Assembly: GCA_963832165.1 (NCBI GenBank)
Contig: CAWHTE010000002.1
Coordinates: 96,001-160,000, forward strand
DNA: 64,000 bases
DNA from: an uncultured delta proteobacterium
Lineage (GTDB): Bacteria; Myxococcota_A; UBA9160; SMWR01
Direction of reading: 5' to 3'
This document shows, one piece after another, positions 1 through 8,400 of this stretch; within the stretch, counting starts at the first letter, position 1; each line of letters begins with the position of its first letter. Position numbers and translations under genes: made by a program. A model generated the notes under the pieces. That model saw nothing but the letters and a program-made list of their open reading frames with translations, did not search any database and was not told where the DNA came from.

Positions 1-877
1 AACGCGATCGTGAACGCCTCGAGCGGCGCCTCGTGGATCGCGGAGGCGATGCCTAGCACCGAACACGAGTCGAGCCCGCCCGAGAGGTAGACGCCCACGG
101 GCACGTCCGCGCGCAGGCGCAGCCGGATCGACTCGACCAGCGCGTCGCGCAGCCGCTCGACGTGCTCGGCCACACTGCGCTCGGGCGCGGGCCGCTCCGC
201 GGTCGGGTACTGCAGGTCCCAGTACGGACCACCTGCGTGCGCTGTCGCGTCGCGAGCAGGTAGTGCCCGGGCGGCACTTGGTACACGCCGTCGAACATCG
301 TGCGATCGCCGTCCGCGATCATCATGAGGTCCTGGAACACCGATTCGTGATCCCAGCGCGCGGGCACGCCGGCCGCGAACAGCGCCTTGGCCTCGGACGC
401 GAGCGTGAGCACGTCGCCGGTCTGCGCGTAGAAGAGCGGCTTGATGCCGAACCGGTCGCGAGCGGCGAACAGGAGTCCCGCGCGCTCGTCCCAGAGCGCG
501 AACGCGAACTCGCCGCGCAGCTCGCGCAGGCAGTGCGTGCCGAGCTCCTCGTAGAGGTGGATCAGGATCTCGCTGTCGGAGCCCGTGCGCAGATGATGTC
601 CGCGCGCGGTGAGCTCGCGCTGGATGCGCTCGAAGTCGTAGAACTCGCCGTTCACGACCGCGTGGATCTGTCCGTCCTCGTTCGAAAGCGGCTGATCGCC
701 GGTCGCGAGATCGATGATCGAGAGCCGTGCGTGGCCCATCCCGACGCGCCCGTGCGGCGCGACCCAGACGCGGTGGCCGTCGGGTCCGCGGTGGTACAGC
801 TCGTGCGTCGCGCGCCAGAGCGCCTCTTCCTTCACAGTCCGACCGTTGCGCGAGAACTGGGTGACGATGCCGCACAT
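1..877 (-). CDS. asnB: Asparagine synthetase B-like glutamine amidotransferase (paralog 1), runs off the window start; apparent 1-nt frameshift near 225
   Basis: N-terminal MCG (Ntn Cys), HRGPD, RLSIID, NGEFY, RDRFGIKPLFY. After a frame change at ~225 the minus strand reads YWDLQYP...LRADVPVGVYLSGGLDSCSV (PP-loop). SD-like AAGGAG upstream. Confidence 0.88.
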
Positions 878-926
878 ACGGGGTCTCCTTTGCCCGTGAG
901 CGTGGCCGAATTCACACCGGCCCAGG

Positions 927-942
927 TGTGAAGTACTTCACA
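927..942. promoter_or_regulatory. CRP-family-type palindromic operator (site 1) between divergent asnB paralogs
   Basis: TGTGA-AGTACT-TCACA inside a perfect 20-bp palindrome GGTGTGAAGTACTTCACACC (925-944). A degenerate second site CGTGG-CCGAAT-TCACA lies at 901-916. Confidence 0.8.
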
Positions 943-1013
943 CCCGCCCCGCGGAATCGGGCAGGATGCTCCCGATCGGGCTGGGGCCCGCCCCTTCCCG
1001 GACGGAGGCGACC

Positions 1014-2948
1014 ATGTGTGGTTTCGTAGCCGGGCTGCTGCGCGACGCCCTCGAGCCGAAGCGGCTCGACCGCGCGCTCGAGACGCTCCATCACCGCGGC
1101 CCCGATTCCGTCGGTCGCTGGATCTCGCCCGACCGACGCTGGTTCCTCGGCCACACGCGCCTCTCGATCATCGGCCTGACGAACGGCGACCAGCCGATCG
1201 CGAACGAGGCTGGCGACGTGCAGATCGTCGTCAACGGCGAGTTCTACGGCTACCGCGCGATCCGCGAGCGTCTGCGCGCCGAAGGCAGCAAGTTCAAGAC
1301 CGAATCCGACAGCGAGATTGCGCTGCACCTCTACCTGCGCGAGGGCATGAACCTCGGGCGCCACCTGCGCGGCGAATTTGCAGCCGTGATCGCCGACCGG
1401 CGCAACGGCGCGATGCTCGCGATCCGCGACCGCTTCGGCATCAAGCCGCTGTTCTACACCGTGCACGAAGGGAACGTGTACTTCGCGTCCGAAGTGAAGG
1501 CGCTGCTCGCGCTCGGCGTTCCCGCGCGCTGGAACCGCGAGGCCGTGTTCCAGGAGTGCTTTCACTTCCGCCCGCACTCGCGCTCGATCTTCGACGGCAT
1601 CTACACCGTTCCGCCCGGTCACTACGCGATCGCGCAGCGCGGCGAGGTGAGCGTCTACCCGTACTGGGACCTTGAGTTTCCGACCGCGGCCGAGATCGCG
1701 GCCGACGACCGCACCGACGCCGAGGTGGTCGCGGGTTTCCGCGCCGTGCTCGACGATGCGGTGCGCGAGCGGTTGATCGCCGACGTCGAGGTCGCGAGCT
1801 ATCTCTCCGGCGGGATCGACTCGTGCGCGGTGCTCGGCCTCGCCCAGCGCCACATGGATCGCCCGATCCGCGCATTCACGCTCTGCTTCGAAGACGCGGC
1901 CTACGACGAGTCGGAGCTCGCGCGCGCACAGGCCGCGCTCACGGGCTCGAGCTTCCACCCGGTACCCGTGCCTCCGCGTGCGCTCGCGGAGTCCTACAAC
2001 GACGCTGTCTGGCACGCGGAGACGCCGTTCGTGAACGGTCACGGTGTGGCGAAGTTCCTGCTCTCGCGCGCAGTGCGCGACGCGGGGATCAAGGTGGTGT
2101 TCACGGGCGAAGGGTCGGACGAGATGCTCGCGGGCTATGCGCCGTTCCGGCGCGACGTCCTGCTCTACAACAGCGCCAGCCAGGACCCCGAGATCGTCCA
2201 GAAGCTGCTCGCCGAGATGCGCGCGTCGAGCTCGAACCGCGCCGTACCGATGCTCGTGCCGACCGAGGACGCGCCGATCCCACAGCTCGACACCGTCGCG
2301 CGCCGGCTCGGCTGGATTCCGTCGTGGATCAAGACGTTCGGAGCGAACGGCGCGCGCACGACGGAGTTCTTCAGCGCGGGGATGGCCGAGAGCGTGGCGG
2401 GGATCAATCCCTACGAGCTCGCGCTCTCGCGCCTGCCGGTCGAGGAGCGCCTCGCGGGGCGCGATCCGCTGAACCAGGCGCTCTATCTCTGGTCGCGGAT
2501 CCATCTCCCGAACTTCATCCTGACGTTCCTCTCCGATCGCATGGAGATGGCGCACTCGATCGAGGGGCGCGTTCCGTTCCTCGACCATCTCGTGGCCGAG
2601 TACGCGGCCGGCATCCCGATCCACATGAAGATCAACGGCATGCGCGAGAAACACGTGCTGCGCGAAGCGACGCGCGACGTGCTGATCGAGCCGGTCTACA
2701 ACCGCGAGAAGCACCCCTTCACGACGCCGCCCGCGAAGGTCGGCGAGAAGGACGCGATGCACGAGCTGATGGGTGACGTGTTCAGCTCGGGGCTGCTCGA
2801 CGAGCAGCCGATCTTCGACGCGGCCGCCGTGCGCAAGCTGTTCGACACGCTTCCCGAGAAGACCCCCGAAGAGCGGGTCGCGCTCGATGGCTTCTGGAAC
2901 CGCGTGCTCAGCTTCACGCTGATCCACCAGCGATTCGGCATGGGGTAG
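1014..2948 (+). CDS. asnB: Asparagine synthetase B-like glutamine amidotransferase (paralog 2)
   Basis: ATG at 1014 after GGAGG gives MCGF. Motifs HRGPD, NGEFY, RDRFGIKPLFY, YLSGGIDS, TGEGSDE, DRMEMAHSIEGRVPFLD. Confidence 0.93.
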   Translation: MCGFVAGLLRDALEPKRLDRALETLHHRGPDSVGRWISPDRRWFLGHTRLSIIGLTNGDQPIANEAGDVQIVVNGEFYGYRAIRERLRAEGSKFKTESDSEIALHLYLREGMNLGRHLRGEFAAVIADRRNGAMLAIRDRFGIKPLFYTVHEGNVYFASEVKALLALGVPARWNREAVFQECFHFRPHSRSIFDGIYTVPPGHYAIAQRGEVSVYPYWDLEFPTAAEIAADDRTDAEVVAGFRAVLDDAVRERLIADVEVASYLSGGIDSCAVLGLAQRHMDRPIRAFTLCFEDAAYDESELARAQAALTGSSFHPVPVPPRALAESYNDAVWHAETPFVNGHGVAKFLLSRAVRDAGIKVVFTGEGSDEMLAGYAPFRRDVLLYNSASQDPEIVQKLLAEMRASSSNRAVPMLVPTEDAPIPQLDTVARRLGWIPSWIKTFGANGARTTEFFSAGMAESVAGINPYELALSRLPVEERLAGRDPLNQALYLWSRIHLPNFILTFLSDRMEMAHSIEGRVPFLDHLVAEYAAGIPIHMKINGMREKHVLREATRDVLIEPVYNREKHPFTTPPAKVGEKDAMHELMGDVFSSGLLDEQPIFDAAAVRKLFDTLPEKTPEERVALDGFWNRVLSFTLIHQRFGMG

Positions 2949-2977
2949 GGCGGGAGGAGCCGAAGGCGGATCCCGCC
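2945..2977 (+). repeat. GTAG-type REP element, type 1
   Basis: GTAGGGCGGGAGGAGCCGAAGGCGGATCCCGCC: GTAG then stem GGCGGGA/TCCCGCC with an internal GCC-GAA-GGC mini-hairpin. Its TAG is the asnB stop codon. Confidence 0.85.
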
Positions 2978-2985
2978 TTCCGCGA

Positions 2986-3786
2986 CTAATGCAACGGGCG
3001 CCGCCCGCGCGCCGCGAAGCGGATCCACGACACCCACTGGAACGACGGATCCGCGAGCGCGCGCGCGAACGTCTCGAGATCCTTCTCGTTGAGCCAGTCG
3101 CCCTTCAGGAGCGGCTCGCGCACCCGCTCGACCGACTGCTGCAGAAAGGTCGAGATCGGGCCGCCGCCGTGGTGTACCAGCGTCACGCCCTCGTTGCCGA
3201 TCTCGACGAGTCCGAGGCGCTCGAACAGTCCGGGCAGCCGCGGGGCGACGCACAGATCCATGATCGCGTCCGCGCGCATCGCGTCGACGAACGCGCGCAC
3301 GGTCCAATCGAACACCGCGCTCGACTTGTGGTCGGGCGTGGCGGAGCGCAGCGGAGTGAAGTCGCAGGCCTCGACGAAGAGCTGGCCGCCCGGGCGCAGC
3401 GCCGCAGCCATGCGCTCGAGCGCGCGGCGCGGGTCGGACAGATGCTCGAGCAGCGCGCGGCAGTGGACGAGGTCGTAGTGATCGGGCTCGAGCGGGTCGC
3501 GCATCACGTCCTGCTGGCGCACCTCGACGTTCTTGGGCAGCTCGAGCGCCTCGAGAAAGCGCGTGTCGATGTCGATCGCGGTGACGGAGCCCTCGACGCC
3601 CACGCGCTCCGCGAGCCAGCGCACCACCGATCCGCCGCCGCCCGCCACTTCCAGACAATGCCAACCGGGTGCCACCCCGATCTTCTCGAGCCGCTCGAAC
3701 GTGATCGGATCGGAGCTGGCCTCGAGCAGTCCGAGGCGTGTGCGCTCCGATGCGAACTCAGCTCCAGCGGCGAAGTAGCGGGTCAT
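2986..3786 (-). CDS. Class I SAM-dependent methyltransferase
   Basis: LEVAGGGGSV motif I, VTAIDID, YDLVHCRALLEH, ALRPGG; GGAGG SD upstream. Confidence 0.9.
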   Translation of the reverse strand: MTRYFAAGAEFASERTRLGLLEASSDPITFERLEKIGVAPGWHCLEVAGGGGSVVRWLAERVGVEGSVTAIDIDTRFLEALELPKNVEVRQQDVMRDPLEPDHYDLVHCRALLEHLSDPRRALERMAAALRPGGQLFVEACDFTPLRSATPDHKSSAVFDWTVRAFVDAMRADAIMDLCVAPRLPGLFERLGLVEIGNEGVTLVHHGGGPISTFLQQSVERVREPLLKGDWLNEKDLETFARALADPSFQWVSWIRFAARGRRPLH

Positions 3787-3853
3787 CGTAACCTCCGTTG
3801 GCGGACGCGTGGCTTCTCGACAGCCAGCATCGCCCCGGGTTACCGGGCCCAGG

Positions 3854-3869
3854 TGTGAACTACTTCACA
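3854..3869. promoter_or_regulatory. CRP-family-type palindromic operator (site 2) upstream of the methyltransferase
   Basis: TGTGA-ACTACT-TCACA. The flank GGCCCAGGTGTGAA.TACTTCACACC is almost identical to site 1. Confidence 0.8.
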
Positions 3870-3918
3870 CCTCCCTTCGAAAACCGAACTATTTCCGCGC
3901 CCCTCGGGGCCCTCCTCT

Positions 3919-3951
3919 GTAGGGCGGGAGGAGCCGAAGGCGGATCCCGCC
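3919..3951 (+). repeat. GTAG-type REP element, type 1
   Basis: Identical 33-mer to 2945-2977. Confidence 0.85.
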
Positions 3952-3971
3952 TGCCGCGGCCGAAAGACCCG

Positions 3972-4229
3972 CTAGCGCGAAGCTGAAGGTGTGCCGCGCA
4001 GCAGTCCGGCCACATTCAGATCCTCGTCGACATCCGGCCAGTGAATCCCGATACCGTCGCCCAGAATCTCGAAGCGGCGGCGCTCTTCTGGAGTGGCACG
4101 GAGCAGGCGAGGGAACCACGCGAGAGGGGTGGCGATTCGGCGCCCATCGGCAAGGACGACGATGAGTTCGTCCTCGGTGACGGTCACCTCCTTTGCGCGC
4201 GGATCAGTGCTAGGCAGAGAAGAACTCAT
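3972..4229 (-). CDS. DUF2442-family protein (putative TA partner)
   Basis: 85 aa with LADGRRIATPLAWFPRL...GIHWPDVDEDLNVAGLL, typical of DUF2442; overlaps the upstream DUF4160 gene. Confidence 0.85.
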   Translation of the reverse strand: MSSSLPSTDPRAKEVTVTEDELIVVLADGRRIATPLAWFPRLLRATPEERRRFEILGDGIGIHWPDVDEDLNVAGLLRGTPSASR

Positions 4230-4446
4230 GCCAAGCCTCCTCGAATCGCTGTCGGTTGTCCTCGACGAGCCGCCGAACTCGACTCAGCTCGTGCGCGGGG
4301 AATCCGACTGACGATGCTAGCGCTACGGGTTGCAGCCAGAACTTGGCAAGCGAGCGGTCTCGATGCACATGGATGTGCATCGGCTCCAACCCTTCGTTTC
4401 CAAAGAAGAAGAATCGATACGGTCCGATTCGAACCACCGTCGGCAC
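4210..4446 (-). CDS. DUF4160-family protein (putative TA partner)
   Basis: 78 aa with MPTV..IGPYRFFF..NE..EPMHIHV...AKFWL...EAWHEFF, typical of DUF4160. Confidence 0.85.
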   Translation of the reverse strand: MPTVVRIGPYRFFFFGNEGLEPMHIHVHRDRSLAKFWLQPVALASSVGFPAHELSRVRRLVEDNRQRFEEAWHEFFSA

Positions 4447-4472
4447 GCGGCGACCGTACCGATCGCCGCCCC

Positions 4473-4505
4473 GTAGGGCGGGAGGAGCCGAAGGCGGATC
4501 CCGCC
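4473..4505 (+). repeat. GTAG-type REP element, type 1
   Basis: Identical 33-mer to 2945-2977. Confidence 0.85.
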
Positions 4506-4542
4506 TTTCGAACTCGTCTGATGGTGTAATTCGCTCGGAATT

Positions 4543-4580
4543 GGCGGATTACGCTCGCTTCGCTCGCTAATCCGCCCTGC
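4543..4580 (-). repeat. REP-like element, type 2 (GGCGGATTA...TAATCCGCC)
   Basis: Minus strand GCAGGGCGGATTAGCGAGCGAAGCGAGCGTAATCCGCC; contains the hicB stop codon. Confidence 0.7.
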
Positions 4581-5004
4581 GAGAACGCTTGGTGCGCTTC
4601 GTTTTGCGCCGCGCGCGATAGGGTGCACTCGGGCGGTCCGCCACGATGCCTTCCTCATCAGCGCCAGATGAGTGCGGCTTCGTCGCATTCTCGAGCGTAT
4701 CTGCGATCCAGCTGTTGACGCTCTTCCCCACCAAGTTCGCAGCGATGGCGACGCGCCGATGAAGAGTGCCCTCGATGCGAAGTGGGATTCGGCCCGAGTA
4801 CTCCCGGTCGGGAGCACGTCCCAGCCTTTCGCATAGCGCCAGGTAGTCGTCGACCGCCTCGCGAAACGCGCGCTCGAGCTCGTCGACGTTGGCGCCCTCG
4901 AAGTTCACGAGATCGTCGATGCCGAGGACCTCGCCGAACAGAACACGGTCCTCGGCGGAGTAGCGGACCGATCCGCGATACCCCTTGTAGTCCATGGTGT
5001 CCAT
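4567..5004 (-). CDS. hicB: HicB-family antitoxin
   Basis: MDYKGYRGSV.YS.ED..LFGEVLGIDD.VNFEG..VDELE.AFREAVDDYL..C.....PDREYSG.I.LRI...LH (RNase H-like fold plus RHH). Confidence 0.9.
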   Translation of the reverse strand: MDTMDYKGYRGSVRYSAEDRVLFGEVLGIDDLVNFEGANVDELERAFREAVDDYLALCERLGRAPDREYSGRIPLRIEGTLHRRVAIAANLVGKSVNSWIADTLENATKPHSSGADEEGIVADRPSAPYRARRKTKRTKRSRRAD

Positions 5005-5016
5005 CTCGCTCTCTCC

Positions 5017-5269
5017 TCAATCGATTCCGCGCGCGACCAAGCGCACACGGACCTGTTCAACGGCGTACTTGGGCAGGACTGGTCTTCGGTGCGGCCGGTG
5101 CAGCAAGGGTGAAACCATCCGAGAATACGAAGCGCACCCGCGAGCCAGCCCCCTCGTGCACTTCCGCGCCGAGCGCCCGCAGCAGCGAGGCGAGCTCGTC
5201 CCAGCGAATATCCGATCGGCTGGGACGCTCGAAGATCCGGTCGAGCGTCCGCCGCTGCTTCTTGTTCAT
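5017..5269 (-). CDS. hicA: HicA-family toxin, apparent +1 frameshift near 5097
   Basis: MNKKQRRTLDRIF..P...DIRW.EL..LL..LG.EV.EGAGSRVRF. Removing one C restores LLHRPHRRPVLPKYAVEQVR...GID* with stop at 5017-5019. Confidence 0.82.
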
Positions 5270-5271
5270 CT

Positions 5272-5314
5272 AGATATCATAATATGATATCACTATTGTC
5301 AATTATTGATATCA
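5272..5314 (-). promoter_or_regulatory. hicAB promoter/operator
   Basis: AT-rich patch with minus-strand TTGACA (5302-5297) and TATGAT (5281-5276), inverted repeat GATATCATA-A-TATGATATC (5273-5291) and three (A/T)GATATCA boxes. Confidence 0.7.
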
Positions 5315-5342
5315 GATCTGTGGCGTGGTTTTGCGCCTCGAA

Positions 5343-5417
5343 GGCGGATCCGCCTTCGGCTCCTCCCGCCCTACAAAGTGCCTCGTAGGGCGGATTAGGC
5401 CGAAGGCGTAATCCGCC
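5343..5417. repeat. Inverted REP doublet (type 1 on minus 5343-5374, type 2 on plus 5385-5417)
   Basis: ...GGCTCCTCCCGCCCTAC then GTAGGGCGGATTAGGCCGAAGGCGTAATCCGCC, immediately downstream of the giant gene stop. Confidence 0.8.
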
Positions 5418-5422
5418 GTCCC

Positions 5423-8400
5423 TCATTCGCGCTCGGCGCACAGCTCCGCAAAACGCGCGAGCGCCTCGTCGGCGGCGTCGACGGGGTAGAGCTCGTAGCG
5501 GCGGATGCGATCGCCTTCGAAGAGCTGAAAACCGATGAGGTAGTTCTCGAACGGCCCGCCGTCGGGGATGGTTCCGAATGCGCGGGAAAGAAACACCGCT
5601 CCGTGCTCGTTTCGCGTGAAGAACCGGAGCATCTCCACGCCGAGATCGGGCGCCATCTCGGCCCACGCGCGCACCGACTCCACGTACTCGTCGCGGTTCA
5701 CGACGCCGAGCGAGAGCGGGCGGTGATCGTGAATGACGGCATCGGGTAGGTAGGAGCTGCGCAGCGCCTCCCAGTCGTGCTCGTTGAAGGCGACGACACC
5801 GAGCGATCGCGCTCGAACCGGTCTTTCAGGCACGAAGCGCGACCACATCTCCGCAAACGCGGCGTGGCGGTCGTCGAGGTCGAACGTGATGATGGCGACC
5901 ACGTGGCCTTCGGAGTCGACCTCGACAACGTGCAGGTTTTCGATTTCGAACGCCCCGGCATCCCAGGTCCAGAGCATCTTCTCGAGCGTGAGCCGATCCC
6001 CCGCCGTCGCGAGGCGTGTGCGCGAGAGCGCAACGTCCGTTGCTGCCATCAACTTGCTGTTCTCGATGAACATCTCGCAATCGCCAGTAGTGAGAAACTG
6101 GCGGCGCCGATCTTCGAAGACCATCGGCGCGCACAACGCCCGTAGATCGTCCCAGGCGCGTGCCCGGTAGTACTCCCAAATGCGATCTACCGCACGCGTC
6201 GCCGCGTTGGGCGGAATCCGCAGCGGATCGGGGCGCAGCTCTTCGAACCGCGCGCGCGCGACGTCGAGGTCTTCGAGCTCGAAGTTCTCTTCCCGCACGA
6301 TGCGGCCGCCCCGGTAATGCCCGAGCGCGACGAAGATCGACTCGTACTCCCCGCCCTCGGCCAGCGTTCCGAAGCGGCGGCCGATCCCGAGGAACCCGTG
6401 TTCCTCGCGAGCGATCGTGTACAGCCCGCCGAAGATCGTGTCGGGCGATTGCTCGAATAGCGCGGCGAGCGATGCGATGTACTCGTCCTTCTCGATCCGC
6501 CCGAGGCCGGTCCGGCGGTGATCGTCGAACACATATTCGTCGGGCAGCGCAGCGCGGCACGCTGCGAGGTCGCGGTCGAGCCGAGCGCGGTACATCGCCA
6601 CGACTCCAGCAGGCAGCGATTCGAGGCGCGCTTCGCGTTCGAAGAGCTCGCGAGTCGCGGCGCGGCGGTCGTCGGGGTCGAAGACGACCAGCGCATCCAT
6701 GCGGCCCTCCGAATCGGCTTCGACGACCGAAAGCACTTCGGCTTCGACGCCCGGTACATCCGTGCCGTCGGTTCTGATCTGGAAGGTCTGGTGGATCAGT
6801 GCCAGACGATCTCCCGCCGTCGCGAGGACCGTGTTGAAGCGCCGGATCGCGGGTCCCGCGAAGCGCAGGCTCGCGACGAACATGTCGCGGTCGCCCTTCA
6901 GGAGCGCTGCGCGGCGGCGGTCGTCGAACTCGAGCGTCGGCGCGCACAGAGCCGCTACGGCGTCCCAGTCTCCGGCGAGGTGTGCTTCCTCCAGGCGAGG
7001 GCCGAGCCGGGTCGCCGCGTTGGGCGGAATCCGCAGCGGATCGGGCTGCAGCTCTGCGAACCGCGCGCGCGCATCGTCGAGCTGATCGAGGGCGTAGACG
7101 TCGCGGCGATGTTCCTGCCCTTCGGCGTCGACCTCGAACACGGCCACGCGCAGCTGCTCGAACGCGCCGCCCTCGTGCGTGCCGAACACGAGGCCGATCC
7201 TGAGCAAACCGCGCTCGCAGAGCCATACGTGTAGCGGACGGATACGCGTGTCGGCGGACAGCGCGTTCAGCGCCTTCATCGATTCGATGTAGGTCGCACG
7301 GTCGAGCGTGCCCCAGCCGAGCGGGCTGTGATCGTGGACGACGAAGTCCGGGGCGAGATACGCCCCCATGTCCGACTCCGGTGCTCCGCGAGCCTGCCCG
7401 AACATCTGCATCCAGCGCACGGGGGCCGGGAATGCGGCGGCCTCGCCCGCGAGGAAGCGTCGCCCCAGCTCGGCGTACGCGTCGTCGAGCTTGTCGGGGT
7501 CGAAGCGGACGAGCGCGATGCGGTTGCCGTGCTCGTCGACTTCCGCCACCGAGAGGGACTCGGTCTCGCTGGGCCCGATCGAGCCGTCGCTCCCTTCGAA
7601 GCGCATCCGGGTCAGCACCAGCCGGTCGCCGCGCGTGGCGAGCACCTCCTGGAAGACCCGAGATTCCTCCATCTCGAGCAGCGGATGAATGAACTGGTGG
7701 AACGTCTCGCGATCGAGCTCGAGCTGCATCAGCGCGCGCCGGTCGCTGTATCGGAGCTCGGGTGCATTGAGCGCGCAGATCGCCTGCCAGTCGCGAGCGG
7801 CCCACGCGCGACCGAATCGATCGACGGTCCGCGTGGCCGTGGTTTCGATCAGTCGTGCCGACGCGCGCGGCGCCGCGAGCTCCGCGAACCGCGCGCGCGC
7901 CGCGTCGAGCTGGTGGTCGAGGTCGTAGCAGTCGACGCTGGCGATGCGGCCGCGTTCGATTCCATAGATGAAGATGTGCGGGATCTCGAACGCTCCCTCG
8001 GCCTCGCTGCCGATCCACGTCGAGACCGCGAGCGCCACGCCCTCCGCGACGTCGATGTGGCTCACGCGAAGCGTCGCGTCGGGTCGCAGGTCCCACATCG
8101 AGCGGATCCGCGCGATGTAGTCATGCGCGGAGTCCATCGTCTCCCATCCCGAGAGCGGGCGGTGGTCGCGCGCGACGAGGTGCTCGGAGAAGACGGTCGT
8201 GAGCGCGTCCCAGGCGCGATCCCGGATCGCGCGCGCCAACCGCGACACCACGGCCTGGGTCTCGGGGTGTTCCGCCGCTTCGCCGGCCGCATAGCGCGCG
8301 TCGAGCTCGGCGTAGGCGGCGTCGAGAGCGGCGAGGTCGAAGCGAACCATCGCGGTCCGTTCGCCGCGCGCGTCTACCTCGACCACCGCGAGCGACTCGA

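Noticed and set aside
1..2948. Lasso peptide or other RiPP cluster built on AsnB-like cyclases
   Set aside because: Both enzymes keep an intact glutaminase domain with N-terminal Cys; no precursor, B protein or RRE is visible.
2945..5417. Identical 33-nt repeats as a CRISPR array
   Set aside because: Spacing is irregular (tens to ~1000 nt), whole genes lie between copies, orientation is mixed and there are no cas genes. GTAG plus hairpin fits REP.
3919..5417. Integron attC cassette array
   Set aside because: Repeats lack RYYYAAC...GTTRRRY ends and no integrase is present.
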